The translations under genes were made by a program, and so were the position numbers. The notes beneath the pieces were generated by a model. It was not told the origin of the DNA. It ran no database searches and saw only the letters and a list, made by a program, of their open reading frames with translations. A DNA stretch of 64,000 nucleotides from Candidatus Woesearchaeota archaeon (lineage in GTDB: Archaea; Nanobdellota; Nanobdellia; Woesearchaeales; 21-14-0-10-32-9), in the NCBI GenBank assembly GCA_020854775.1, contig JAHKLZ010000008.1, positions 8,221-72,220 on the forward strand. The letters run 5' to 3'. Below, piece by piece: positions 46,942-56,946 of the stretch. The number at the start of each line of letters is the position of its first letter. Positions within the stretch are counted from its first letter, which is position 1.

Positions 46942-49900
46942 TTATTCACTCACCAATTTTTGACAAATATAATTCTTATCCCCAACGACATCAAAATAAT
47001 CACGAAGACCATTAACACTCACAGAGAACTCTAAACAAACCTTAACGAAGTCACCTTCATGCCTTATAATCTTACTACCCATACCCCCGAAGTTCTCAGG
47101 AACACCACTAGACGCCATAGGCTCCTCAGAACCAATAACTAACTTAGTAAAATCAACTTTATTACCTGCAGAGTCATACATATAAATATTATAACCTAAC
47201 TCACCACCTTTACTAGTATAAATTCCTCCTTCAACCCAATAATTATAATAAGAATCCTCACCAGGAACTCTTTGAATACTTGATTTTCTACCCGTTATAA
47301 AAGCGCCAGGCCTATGACCCGCAGCACCCGCCTTAACCAATAAACCACCAGTATCAGGACTAACCGCTCTAAAACTCTTACTACAGAAACCCCAATCACC
47401 ACTACCCGTATCAGCGAACCACTGAGAAAGCTGACCCATAGCTGTATGCCTTCCAAAATCAGAAGAAGACTCATCATCATCTCCCCCAAAGAAAGAACCA
47501 AGACTCCTAATAGCAGTTATACCACTAGAAACACCCCACGCAGTTTTAACACCCGTAGTAATAGAACCAAAATGATCCTCAAACTTCATATCAACAGCAT
47601 TATTCCTTTGCTGACGAGACAAATTCTTTTCAGCGCCTTTAATAAGCTTAGCCGTATCCCTACTCTCCTTATTAATATTTGACCTTGAACATTCATCAAT
47701 ATTAAAAGGTTCACTATTACATAAAGCTAATGCTTCCGAATAAGCAGTATGTTTTTCTTGAGCCCTACGACAAGACCTAGACTGCTCATTACTTTCACAA
47801 GAATCTATAACCTCTTGACGAGCTGCATTCACCACTTCTTTATCTATAATTTTATTAGATTCAAAAATACTAATACCTGAAGCAACACGATTTAACTCAT
47901 CAATATTTTCCTGATGTTCAGCTTTAGTTTTATAAAAATCATTCAAAAGTTTAACTTCAGTAGCTAAACCTTTCTTAAGATCAGGATACTTCTCAATTAA
48001 TGCTTCATATTTCTTTTGGTTAGCTTCAGAAACCATATTAAAAGATTCAACGTTACCGAAAATACCGACGAATTTATTTATATCATGACTACTAAGCTGA
48101 GTTTCTAAATCTGAAATCTCTTTTTCCACACTAGCTAATTCCTTTTCTAACTCTTGTTTTGATTCTTCAAGTCTTATTAAATCCGCTAAATGCTCATTTT
48201 CCTCACCTATAATCTCAGGATGTTTTTCAAGATCTTCTATTTCAACCCTAATACTTTCCAACTCTTTTTCTAAATTTAAATACTTATCAGTTTTTCTGTT
48301 CAAATCATTATTAATTACTTCATACTTTCTAATATTAGATCTGGCAAAAGAATCTTGATTGAAATTACCAATAAGTTTACCTTCAGGAGAATAAACATTA
48401 TAAGAATCAACAACTATTTTATCACCATCAAATCTGACATTATCAGGACTAACAATTCCTATGACTGTTTCAGTAACTTCATCCTTCTTTGTGATTCTTT
48501 CAACTACTTGGAACTGATAATCATCCTCATCATAAACCAAGTACTTGTTACCACCTAAAGATTCGCTGTAAGATAAATCAACAGCTTTAGGGAAGTGACC
48601 TACTTGTTGATCAATAGCTAATCTGCTCTTAATAATCCTATCAGCCTGAGTTAAAGGAACCTGACAGAAAGGAGCAGGATCAACCTTGTTAATATTCTTA
48701 GCTTGTTCAACCACGCTCTTCAAAGTGCTTATGAAAGTTCCTAAGCTTTGAACAAACACATTAGTTAAACACGCACCTTTAAGCAAGTTATTAACAGAGT
48801 TACCTTGAGCCATTATGCTACACGCAATAGGGAAAGCAAAACCAAACAAATTATAAGGATTATTAACAACATCGCTGAATCTAGAAGAAAAATCCCTAAA
48901 CATATTAACAAAAGGAATCGCATCTAAAACACCTGTAGCTGTGTAAACACACGTAGAATAAGATCTTTCAGCCTCACAATAAGAAACACTTTGACCATGT
49001 TCAATCATACCAGTAGTTAAACAATCAAGATAATTACACTCAATGGATTGTTCAACTTTCAAATGATGAATAACAGCAGGAACACACTGCATAGCATAAG
49101 CAACATATTTACTCTTGTAAGGATCGTAGAAACTAGAATAACTATCTCTACCAAGCATTTGAGGAACCATATCCGCATCAACAGATAAATAATTCATAAA
49201 ATCATCCAAGCCACTAACCAAATCAAAACCAACAATATCAGAAACAAAACTACCTTTACACATTAAGTAATTACAAAACTTAGCTGCATTCTTCACCATT
49301 TTATCATCTGATTTAAGAAGATTAATTGAAGACCCTGTTTCAATCATACCCAGTCCCGCATTTTGTTGACCCATCATTAAACCCACAACTTCTAAGACTT
49401 CACCAGCAGAACTCAATAAGCCCCCAACACTTTCTATGCCTGTTAACATAGTGCAAAACCTTATAGCGTTATCCATACTAGAATCCAACCCTTCAAAGAC
49501 TTCTTCGGATCTCTCAATTTGCTCCCTTGTTGACTCAATACTATTATAGATCTTATCAGTTAAAGTATCCCTATTATCAAGAGTAATACTAAAAGTAAGA
49601 TTTACTTTTTCAGGCTGAGAATAAAAATAACCATCTTTCTTAGATAATATTTCAAATTCACAAACATGCTTTAATTCACGAATATCAGAGTACCTATTAT
49701 TGCTAGGATTATCAAGACCTGTTTGTCTTAAACCAACCCTAACATAAACTTTTTTAGAATCTTTATCAAAATTAAGAACATCAAACTTAGTAACATCTCC
49801 GCGAGTACCTGTTTCATTCACAATAACAGGAACACAACTACCAGTGTTCCCTTTAACACTTAACAATTCAGCACCTGAAACTCCTGATAAAATAGCTTCA

Positions 49901-51081
49901 ACATAAAAAGTTCTTTCATAACCCATGTTACGAACATTCATTTTATTAGAAGACTGCACAGTAGCACCAAGACTCCAAAAATTAGGAATAATTTCTCTTT
50001 CAACTTCTACTAATTCAACTTCTAAATCTTCACGAACCTTATTTCCCGCAGCATCAGTAAAAATAACAGGAACAACATAAGTTCCTTTAGTAGTAACTAA
50101 AGACCTAACCCCCGCGGAACAATCAAATAATCCATCACGCAAAATACACTGACCAGTAATATTAGCCGAACCAACACTTTCACCTATTACTAACATATCC
50201 AAGACCGGGCTAACCGCGTCATAAACCTTAGCACTAATCCTGAACGTGTCATCAACACCAGTAAATCCAATTTCTCTAGCATCCACAACTTTTATTTCCT
50301 TAATCTCAGGAGGAGAAGCATCGCAAACTAAATTAAAATTATTATGCGTCACTTGTCTTCCTGCATCATCACTACTAGGACGACCCTCAAAAGGAAACAA
50401 TGAAGCTCTAAATGCTTGATTATCTTCACAAACAATATTAACAGTACCATTACAATTATCAAAATCACAACCAATTATGTAACCCCTAGTACCCCCCAAG
50501 CTAAAACCTAAAAGACCACGAAAAAAACCAGCTTCTGAACTTTCAAATTTTAAAATAATATTATTAAAACCTGAAGAGATATAACAAACTTCTTCGTGAC
50601 AAAACCTAGTCCCTATTAAATTAACCTTAGGATTAGCAGTCGTTCTCTTAAGAGGAATAATATTAGAAGAAACATCATCACCACGTTTTGCTATTATTTC
50701 AACTTCAGAAACATGAGTTGATTTTTCAAGAATTAACCCTCTAAACAAACAATTATAATATTCTTCTCTTTGTTCACAAGACGCTTTGCTTATATCCCAA
50801 GAACCATATTGACTCACATAACTATTCGTATAAATATTATCGTTTAAGTCACTAACATCAAAAACTATTCCTTGAAGAAAATCAGCATGAACTTTAACTT
50901 CTAAGTCAACAACGATAGGCGCCCTCTCAGAATAATAAGTAAGAGTTTTATTATTCCAAACTAATCTAGAATCAGTAATTTCAAGCGCGAACACACTATT
51001 TAACAAAGAAATAAAAATGAACAATAACAAAAATACCTTAACACCTTTCAAATGACTCACACCTTTTTTGAATTTAAACAT
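46942..51081 (-). CDS. Giant secreted protein (1379 aa): signal peptide, Cys-rich N-terminal region, central coiled coil, Gly/Ser-rich C-terminal domain. No recognisable domains
   Basis: N-terminal KVFLLLFIFISLLNSVFA|LEI signal. The first 700 aa are Cys-rich. Heptad segments LEKELESIRVEIEDLEKH...ELEKELASVEKEISDLETQL. Lies 43 nt downstream of the AI-2E gene. Confidence 0.6.
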   Translation of the reverse strand: MFKFKKGVSHLKGVKVFLLLFIFISLLNSVFALEITDSRLVWNNKTLTYYSERAPIVVDLEVKVHADFLQGIVFDVSDLNDNIYTNSYVSQYGSWDISKASCEQREEYYNCLFRGLILEKSTHVSEVEIIAKRGDDVSSNIIPLKRTTANPKVNLIGTRFCHEEVCYISSGFNNIILKFESSEAGFFRGLLGFSLGGTRGYIIGCDFDNCNGTVNIVCEDNQAFRASLFPFEGRPSSDDAGRQVTHNNFNLVCDASPPEIKEIKVVDAREIGFTGVDDTFRISAKVYDAVSPVLDMLVIGESVGSANITGQCILRDGLFDCSAGVRSLVTTKGTYVVPVIFTDAAGNKVREDLEVELVEVEREIIPNFWSLGATVQSSNKMNVRNMGYERTFYVEAILSGVSGAELLSVKGNTGSCVPVIVNETGTRGDVTKFDVLNFDKDSKKVYVRVGLRQTGLDNPSNNRYSDIRELKHVCEFEILSKKDGYFYSQPEKVNLTFSITLDNRDTLTDKIYNSIESTREQIERSEEVFEGLDSSMDNAIRFCTMLTGIESVGGLLSSAGEVLEVVGLMMGQQNAGLGMIETGSSINLLKSDDKMVKNAAKFCNYLMCKGSFVSDIVGFDLVSGLDDFMNYLSVDADMVPQMLGRDSYSSFYDPYKSKYVAYAMQCVPAVIHHLKVEQSIECNYLDCLTTGMIEHGQSVSYCEAERSYSTCVYTATGVLDAIPFVNMFRDFSSRFSDVVNNPYNLFGFAFPIACSIMAQGNSVNNLLKGACLTNVFVQSLGTFISTLKSVVEQAKNINKVDPAPFCQVPLTQADRIIKSRLAIDQQVGHFPKAVDLSYSESLGGNKYLVYDEDDYQFQVVERITKKDEVTETVIGIVSPDNVRFDGDKIVVDSYNVYSPEGKLIGNFNQDSFARSNIRKYEVINNDLNRKTDKYLNLEKELESIRVEIEDLEKHPEIIGEENEHLADLIRLEESKQELEKELASVEKEISDLETQLSSHDINKFVGIFGNVESFNMVSEANQKKYEALIEKYPDLKKGLATEVKLLNDFYKTKAEHQENIDELNRVASGISIFESNKIIDKEVVNAARQEVIDSCESNEQSRSCRRAQEKHTAYSEALALCNSEPFNIDECSRSNINKESRDTAKLIKGAEKNLSRQQRNNAVDMKFEDHFGSITTGVKTAWGVSSGITAIRSLGSFFGGDDDESSSDFGRHTAMGQLSQWFADTGSGDWGFCSKSFRAVSPDTGGLLVKAGAAGHRPGAFITGRKSSIQRVPGEDSYYNYWVEGGIYTSKGGELGYNIYMYDSAGNKVDFTKLVIGSEEPMASSGVPENFGGMGSKIIRHEGDFVKVCLEFSVSVNGLRDYFDVVGDKNYICQKLVSE

Positions 51082-51124
51082 TTTTATTTAAAAAGTTTTC
51101 TGAAAAACTCCTTGAAAATACTCA

Positions 51125-52171
51125 TTAATTCTTTCTTATTAACACTGCTTGATTAAAAAAATTAATTAATAACACACAAAGCGCAACCAATATAGGACCC
51201 ATAATTATTCCAAAAACACCAAATAATTTTAATCCGCCAAAGATTGCCATCACCATTAAAACAGGATGCATGCCTGCTTTTTCACCTAAAAATTTAGGCT
51301 TGAAAACATTCTCCATATACAATATTATGAAAGTTCCAAAAGCTAAAACACCTATGCCTGCAAATAGATTTCCTTGAACTAATTGAAATAAACCAGCAGG
51401 TATCCAAACCATGGCAGTCCCAACCAAAGGAATCAACGCTAAAACAGTCATCATTAATCCCCAAAAAATAGGATTTTTAAGACCGAAAATAAAAAACGCG
51501 AATCCCCCAAGGAAACCCTGAACGAAAGCCATCAATATGTGCCCATACATCACTCCATGAAGAACTTTTTTAGATTCTTTTGTTATTTCATCTTTATGCC
51601 TATTAGATACAGGAAGCATACCCATTATGCTAGCCAGAATCTTTTCACCCTCTTTAAATATATAAAATAATAAGAATAACAATATTAACAAACCAACAAA
51701 TATCTCCGCTAACGAATTAATTATACTAGAAACGGACACCGAAAACGTGTCTCTAATAGCGCTAAACAAAGGAACAACTATGTTTTCACTAGACACATTT
51801 AAACCAAGAGATGACTCAATAGCTGAATCAACATCTTCAAAATTATAATGTGAAACCAAATTGTAAGTATTAGTAACTTCTTTTACCACGCTATTAACAA
51901 ATAAGTAAGAAGAAACACCAATTAATAAAACTATTAATACAACGAGTAAAGAAGCTGACAAATTAGGACCTAAACCTTTGTTTCTTAAAAACTTATTAAG
52001 AGGAAAAAAGAACACTCCCAGCGTAGCGCCGAGAACTAAAGAATAAATAAAAGGTTTAAACAATAATGCTAAAGCTAAAACAGCCAATACATAAGCAAAT
52101 AACAAGAAATAAAAAGCATTTTTAGAACCATTAGGAAATTCACTTTTTATTTTGTCGGATTTTTTCTTCAA
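51125..52171 (-). CDS. AI-2E family (PerM/UPF0118) membrane transporter
   Basis: Multi-TM protein with an AI-2E-like core (GIIMGPILVA, FGLKNPIFWG). The track ORF runs to 52336 and overlaps the HIT gene. The likely start is the TTG at 52169-52171, preceded by a GGTGAG Shine-Dalgarno, giving ~349 aa. Confidence 0.65.
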   Translation of the reverse strand: MKKKSDKIKSEFPNGSKNAFYFLLFAYVLAVLALALLFKPFIYSLVLGATLGVFFFPLNKFLRNKGLGPNLSASLLVVLIVLLIGVSSYLFVNSVVKEVTNTYNLVSHYNFEDVDSAIESSLGLNVSSENIVVPLFSAIRDTFSVSVSSIINSLAEIFVGLLILLFLLFYIFKEGEKILASIMGMLPVSNRHKDEITKESKKVLHGVMYGHILMAFVQGFLGGFAFFIFGLKNPIFWGLMMTVLALIPLVGTAMVWIPAGLFQLVQGNLFAGIGVLAFGTFIILYMENVFKPKFLGEKAGMHPVLMVMAIFGGLKLFGVFGIIMGPILVALCVLLINFFNQAVLIRKN

Positions 52172-52273
52172 ACACTCACCTTTTACAAAGAAGACGAAAC
52201 TTTTTAGTATATAAATGTGTTGATAATCCTTAAAAGAAAAGATTTTTATAAAAAAAGAAGTGTATCTTATTCC

Positions 52274-52876
52274 ATGAGTGGTATCAGCGAAGAAGAATGG
52301 CAAAAAATGAGCCCTGAAGAAAGAGAAGAATTTCAAATAAAGAATTGCGTGTTTTGTAAAATTATTAGCGGAGAAATACCTTCTAAAAAAATTTATGACG
52401 ATAATAACTTCGTAGGCATACTAGATATTAATCCCGGAGTGAAAGGACACATTTTAGTTCTTCCTAAAAAACACGTTCAAATAATGCCTCAACTAGGCAC
52501 TGAGCTTAGTGGTGAATTAGGAATTGTTTGCAAAAAAATATCTGAGAAAATGAAAAAAGCATTAAGTGTTAATGATGTTTCAGTATTTGTTGCTAACGGC
52601 GCAGTCGCCGGACAAAACGCGCCTCATTTCATGATGCATATTATTCCAAGAAAAGAAAATGATAATATATCTCTTAATCCTGAATTAAAAAAATTTAGTT
52701 TAGAAAAAATTAATGATTACAGAAAAAAAATAATCAAAGGTCTAGGTTTGCCTGATTTAACAAATGAAAAAAAACAAGATGACTCCAAAGAAGAAAAACA
52801 AGAAGTTAAAGAATTAGAAACACAAAATGTTCCTGACAAGGATCTATTAGATAAAATATCAAAAATGTTTAATTAA
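52274..52876 (+). CDS. HIT-family (histidine triad) nucleotide hydrolase with K/E-rich C-terminal tail
   Basis: CVFCKIISGEIP. Histidine triad APHFMMHIIPR. The start is ambiguous between the ATG at 52274 and the ATG at 52307. Confidence 0.75.
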   Translation: MSGISEEEWQKMSPEEREEFQIKNCVFCKIISGEIPSKKIYDDNNFVGILDINPGVKGHILVLPKKHVQIMPQLGTELSGELGIVCKKISEKMKKALSVNDVSVFVANGAVAGQNAPHFMMHIIPRKENDNISLNPELKKFSLEKINDYRKKIIKGLGLPDLTNEKKQDDSKEEKQEVKELETQNVPDKDLLDKISKMFN

Positions 52877-52885
52877 AGAAAAAAA

Positions 52886-53377
52886 ATGGAATTGCAATTA
52901 GAACAAGTAATAATTAGGGATGAAGAATTAGTTGTTTTTTTCCCAGAAGAAACAATTGTTGAAGGAGAACTAGTAGTTGCACCCATACACGCGTTTAAAA
53001 CATTAGAAGATATACCTGAAGCACTTATTGAGAAAATGTTTCACGTGGTTAACAAAATGAGTTCTAGCTTGTTTGATTTATTAGGATGTCATGGAACTAA
53101 TTTGTTAATACAGAACGGAGAAATAGCGGGACAAAAATCAGAATCATTATTCATAAGAATAATACCTAGATTCCAAGATGATTCTTTACAATTAAAATGG
53201 GATTCTTCTCCGAGCAGTCCTGAAGATTTGGAAAACGTGGTGAAATCTTTTAAAGATGCTGATGAAGAAAAAATACAAGAAGCATATTTAGAAGAACAAA
53301 AAAAACAAGCAACACAAAAAGTTCCTGAAGAAGAACAAAATGATTACTTGTTAAAATCTTTAAAAAGAAATCCTTAA
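52886..53377 (+). CDS. HIT-like protein, degenerate (histidine triad lost)
   Basis: Same fold as the upstream gene (VVAPIHAFKTLEDIP, IAGQKSESLFIRIIPR), but the His triad is replaced by S-L-F-I-R-I. Tandem paralogue. Confidence 0.55.
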   Translation: MELQLEQVIIRDEELVVFFPEETIVEGELVVAPIHAFKTLEDIPEALIEKMFHVVNKMSSSLFDLLGCHGTNLLIQNGEIAGQKSESLFIRIIPRFQDDSLQLKWDSSPSSPEDLENVVKSFKDADEEKIQEAYLEEQKKQATQKVPEEEQNDYLLKSLKRNP

Positions 53378-53391
53378 TTCTAAAAAAAAAA

Positions 53392-54360
53392 TTATTTTTT
53401 TCTAAGAGTGGAAGCTATTAATAAAGGAAAAGTCAAAGAAAAATCAGCTCTCACTTTAGCAGTAGGTGCATCTAATTTAATTTTTGCCCAAGTCTTAGCT
53501 TCTTCTTGGTTACCCCCTGAATCAGAACCGTCAAACTCAGAAGCAGTAGTTAAATAAATCGCGTAATCAAAACCTTCTCTGAATATTTGAGCATTAAGAT
53601 TGTAATGCTTAGAAATGCCCCCTCCTAGAATTAATGCGCCTGCTTTTTCTTGTTGAAGAACTTCATTAACAAGACTAACATGATCCTCAGTTACATCTAT
53701 AATAAAATCTTTATTTTTTTGTTTGAAGAAATAAACTATGTCTCCAAAAGAACCATCCATTATGCCCGGACAATAAACAGGGACGTCGTTCTTAGCGGCC
53801 CAGTACAAATAAGAATCTTCACCTAGTTTCAATCCTGCTTTTTTAAGTAAATAAGAAGGAGAAACAACTTTTTTTTCTTTGAAAACTTCTGTTAATAATT
53901 CGTTTAAAAAACGTTCAAAATACAAATACCTGTTATTAGGAACAAATATGTTGCCTATTCTACCTACGCCGTGTTCAAACAAGGAACGACCAGACACATC
54001 AAATTCACCTAATTTAAATGAACTAAGACTCTTAATTATGTCTTCTTCTACTCCGCTAGCAGTAGTTATTATTGTGTGCATCTTTTTTTGTTTTACCAAA
54101 AAAGTAATTATATCTCTTAACCCTGAAGAAATAGCGTTACCTGTAAAAGAAAAATAAATAGGAACTTTTTCTTCAATCATAGTATTCATAATCGTTACTG
54201 CTTTAAAGAATTCTGTTGCTTGAAAACCAGTAGACCCAAAGCTCTTAATGAAAGAATCAAAATCAAAATCATTAGAAAAATCATAACCTTTTATCAAAGG
54301 ATGATTATCTAACTCATTAGTTTTAACCATGTGTTTTTGATCACTGTAAGAACGTTTCAT
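53392..54360 (-). CDS. dys: Deoxyhypusine synthase
   Basis: FTGNAISSGLRDII...TASGVEEDIIK...GRIGNIFVPN are DHS family motifs, with the NAD-binding region. Confidence 0.85.
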   Translation of the reverse strand: MKRSYSDQKHMVKTNELDNHPLIKGYDFSNDFDFDSFIKSFGSTGFQATEFFKAVTIMNTMIEEKVPIYFSFTGNAISSGLRDIITFLVKQKKMHTIITTASGVEEDIIKSLSSFKLGEFDVSGRSLFEHGVGRIGNIFVPNNRYLYFERFLNELLTEVFKEKKVVSPSYLLKKAGLKLGEDSYLYWAAKNDVPVYCPGIMDGSFGDIVYFFKQKNKDFIIDVTEDHVSLVNEVLQQEKAGALILGGGISKHYNLNAQIFREGFDYAIYLTTASEFDGSDSGGNQEEAKTWAKIKLDAPTAKVRADFSLTFPLLIASTLRKK

Positions 54361-54370
54361 AAATCATCAA

Positions 54371-54568
54371 CTATTCATTATTTAAATCAATATTAGAAGG
54401 TGGAATCTGAACTCCTCTTCCTAAAACATCTGCACAATCAGGACAATCATCAGTTTCCCAATCTTCACATATCCCATCATAATTACAACGCGTCTCAGGA
54501 GAACGCATACAACCCGTAGCTAACACTGATAAAATCAGCAAAACTAAAACAATTACTTTCTTATTCAT
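54371..54568 (-). CDS. Small cysteine-rich secreted (lipo)peptide, 65 aa
   Basis: Signal peptide with lipobox-like LATGC. Mature ~45 aa with 6 Cys (CNYDGICEDWETDDCPDCADV). Confidence 0.45.
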   Translation of the reverse strand: MNKKVIVLVLLILSVLATGCMRSPETRCNYDGICEDWETDDCPDCADVLGRGVQIPPSNIDLNNE

Positions 54569-54622
54569 TTTTAAACCCCCTAATACTTGCGAATATTTAC
54601 TTATTTAAATATTTTGAGTTAA

Positions 54623-55702
54623 TTATCTTTTTCTTTTAGTATTTTTTTTAATATTAATATTGTCAGAGTAAATCTTCCTAGCAGGAACAGGAATCTCTAT
54701 TTTGTTTTTAATTAATAAAGAGTAAATAGCTTTAGTTATCTCGCTTTTCTTAACGAATAAATCATGATAATCATTAATGAATACCCCTATCATTAATTCT
54801 AAGTAATACTCCGCTACTTTAACAAAGAAAAATTTAGGCCTAGGATATTTTAATATGTCTTGTCTTTTATCTAACATATCAAAGATTAATTTTTCAACTT
54901 TTTCAACGTCTGTCCCTATCGCCACAGGCATAATAATTTTTAACCTTATAGATTTTGTTGGTTGAGCATAGTTCCTTATTTTCATGTTAGCTAAAACAGA
55001 GTTAGGAACATATATTTCTTCTAAATCAAAATTCTTAAGCTTTGTACTTCTAAGAGATGTTTCCATGATGAATCCAACTTCTCCATCAGGTAATTCAATT
55101 AAGTCCCCTTTACGAAACGTATCATCAAGAACTAAAGCTATACCTCCAAATATGTTTGTTAAAGAATCCCTAAACGCGAATCCTATGATTACGCTCGCTA
55201 TACCTAGGCTTGTTAGTAATGCACCCACAGATATTTCCCATGTTTGTAAAATGAAAATTAAAGCAACAAATCCTAGTATTATGTCAACAACGCTTTTCAT
55301 TAAAGGAATTATTCCTTCGTGAGTTTCGTCATTCCTATTTTTTTTAATTTTCTTGCTCCAATTTTCTAAGGAAATATGACTTATTATACTTAACATATAC
55401 GTAATGAGTATAATGGATAAAGATATTAAGAAGCTATTAAGATTAGAATGAATCCTAGGATAGTCTCTTAAGTATGTGCTAACAATTGCTTGAACACCTA
55501 AAACAACTATTATGAAAAGAAGAGGGTGTTCTAGTCTTATTATTTTTTTAACATCATACATTGATTTTTTCTTTACGAATTTGTAAATGTATTTTCCTAT
55601 TTGATGAACAAGAACCATTAGTAAAAGAACAGAAATTATTATTAAGATAGTTAATAAGAAGTCCGGATTAGATCCAAATAATTCAAGTAGTAGTTCTTTC
55701 AT
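54623..55702 (-). CDS. Small-conductance mechanosensitive channel (MscS family)
   Basis: Three N-terminal TM helices. Pore-lining TM3 SLGIASVIIGFAFRDSLTNIFGGIALVLDDTF. Beta-domain GDLIELPDGEVGFI. Confidence 0.85.
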   Translation of the reverse strand: MKELLLELFGSNPDFLLTILIIISVLLLMVLVHQIGKYIYKFVKKKSMYDVKKIIRLEHPLLFIIVVLGVQAIVSTYLRDYPRIHSNLNSFLISLSIILITYMLSIISHISLENWSKKIKKNRNDETHEGIIPLMKSVVDIILGFVALIFILQTWEISVGALLTSLGIASVIIGFAFRDSLTNIFGGIALVLDDTFRKGDLIELPDGEVGFIMETSLRSTKLKNFDLEEIYVPNSVLANMKIRNYAQPTKSIRLKIIMPVAIGTDVEKVEKLIFDMLDKRQDILKYPRPKFFFVKVAEYYLELMIGVFINDYHDLFVKKSEITKAIYSLLIKNKIEIPVPARKIYSDNINIKKNTKRKR

Positions 55703-55775
55703 CTTATTTCAAGCAATACTCCGAGTATTTATACATTTGTTACAATTATGAGATGATTAAAAAACTAAAAAAAAT

Positions 55776-56306
55776 TTATGCAGAAATAATTTTTTGGTCA
55801 ACACTTATTGAGAAGTCACAAGGAAACTTTTTTCTTGCTCTGTTAAGTGCGTCTTTAGCAACACTTAATTTGTCTTTGTTAACTTCGACTTCAAGAACTG
55901 CTTGACCTTTTCTTACACGGGCAGCCAATCCTACTGCTTTACCAAATGAATGCGCCATACCTGTACTCATACGGTCAGCACCTGCACCTGCTGCTAGAGG
56001 ATTATTTCTTAAAACATGATGAGGATAAACTTTTATTCTTAATTTATAATTTAAAGGTGCTTTTTCTTCTAGTAATTTATTTGTTGTTTTTCTGGCTGAT
56101 TCTAATGCATTGTGTCTTAGTTGAATATCAGATTTTGATCTTAGAGATAAAACATAAGAATATTCTTTTTTCTGATTACCCATTACGTATTTTACTATTT
56201 TGTTGTTTGGAACTGCTCTTACGAAAGCTTTTTTTCTGTATTTTGATTTTCTAGTGTAAGGTCTTTCTAAGCGTCTCCAAGCCACTGCTCTCATTAATTT
56301 TGCCAT
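55776..56306 (-). CDS. rpl10e: 50S ribosomal protein L10e (uL16)
   Basis: AWRRLERPYTRKSKYRKKAFVRAVP...RIKVYPHHVLRNNPLAAGAGADRMSTGM matches L10e. Confidence 0.9.
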   Translation of the reverse strand: MAKLMRAVAWRRLERPYTRKSKYRKKAFVRAVPNNKIVKYVMGNQKKEYSYVLSLRSKSDIQLRHNALESARKTTNKLLEEKAPLNYKLRIKVYPHHVLRNNPLAAGAGADRMSTGMAHSFGKAVGLAARVRKGQAVLEVEVNKDKLSVAKDALNRARKKFPCDFSISVDQKIISA

Positions 56307-56514
56307 GTTGGTGAGAAAAATATGTTTGTTTAAAAAGCTTACGGAAACTAATGGTTGTTTTTCTGACTATTTAACTAAATGTTTGTTAAGTTATTCTTAA
56401 AGTTTTATAAAAAAAACATTATGATGAAAAACATATTTTAATATACAATAATGTATATCATTATACTAAAAAATGGAAATATTTATATAGTGGCTATGAC
56501 AAACAAACATAATA

Positions 56515-56946
56515 ATGAGCTACTTAGACCAATTACAAAGAACAGGAACCATGGACGCGGTCCAAAGACAAACAACACAATTTAGCAACGCACCAAGAAC
56601 AGAAACAACAAGAAAAGAAGACCCAATCACGAATTTTCAAGAACAAATAAACCAATTACAAACAACACTACTAGAACAAAAAAACAAATTCGACAGATTC
56701 CTCACAATAAACCAGAACAGAATAATGACCCTGGAGAAAGAGGTAAACCAGCTCAGAGAAGAGCTAAACAAAAAAACACAAATGCTCGATAAACTGAGCG
56801 ATAAAGAAACCGTACAAAGAACTAGAGAAGCCCTGTTCAACAGAAAAGACAGGGCGCCTCTAGACAGCCCCGTAGACAGAAACAACGTAGCACCATCACA
56901 AGTCCAAATCGAAAAAATTTTCAATTGTAGCGGGAAAAAATTCTAA
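56515..56946 (+). CDS. Hypothetical coiled-coil protein (143 aa)
   Basis: Q/N/T-rich N-terminus, then heptad segments (INQLQTTLLEQKNKFDRFL, LEKEVNQLREELNKKTQMLDKL). TATA-like atttatata ~35 nt upstream. Confidence 0.45.
   Translation: MSYLDQLQRTGTMDAVQRQTTQFSNAPRTETTRKEDPITNFQEQINQLQTTLLEQKNKFDRFLTINQNRIMTLEKEVNQLREELNKKTQMLDKLSDKETVQRTREALFNRKDRAPLDSPVDRNNVAPSQVQIEKIFNCSGKKF

Noticed and set aside
52217-52336. A 120-nt overlap between the track ORFs for the AI-2E transporter (minus strand) and the HIT protein (plus strand)
   Set aside because: Both ORFs are probably over-extended at their 5' ends. A TTG start with a GGTGAG Shine-Dalgarno at 52171 for the transporter, and the ATG at 52274 or 52307 for the HIT gene, remove the overlap. 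The trimmed coordinates are the ones reported.
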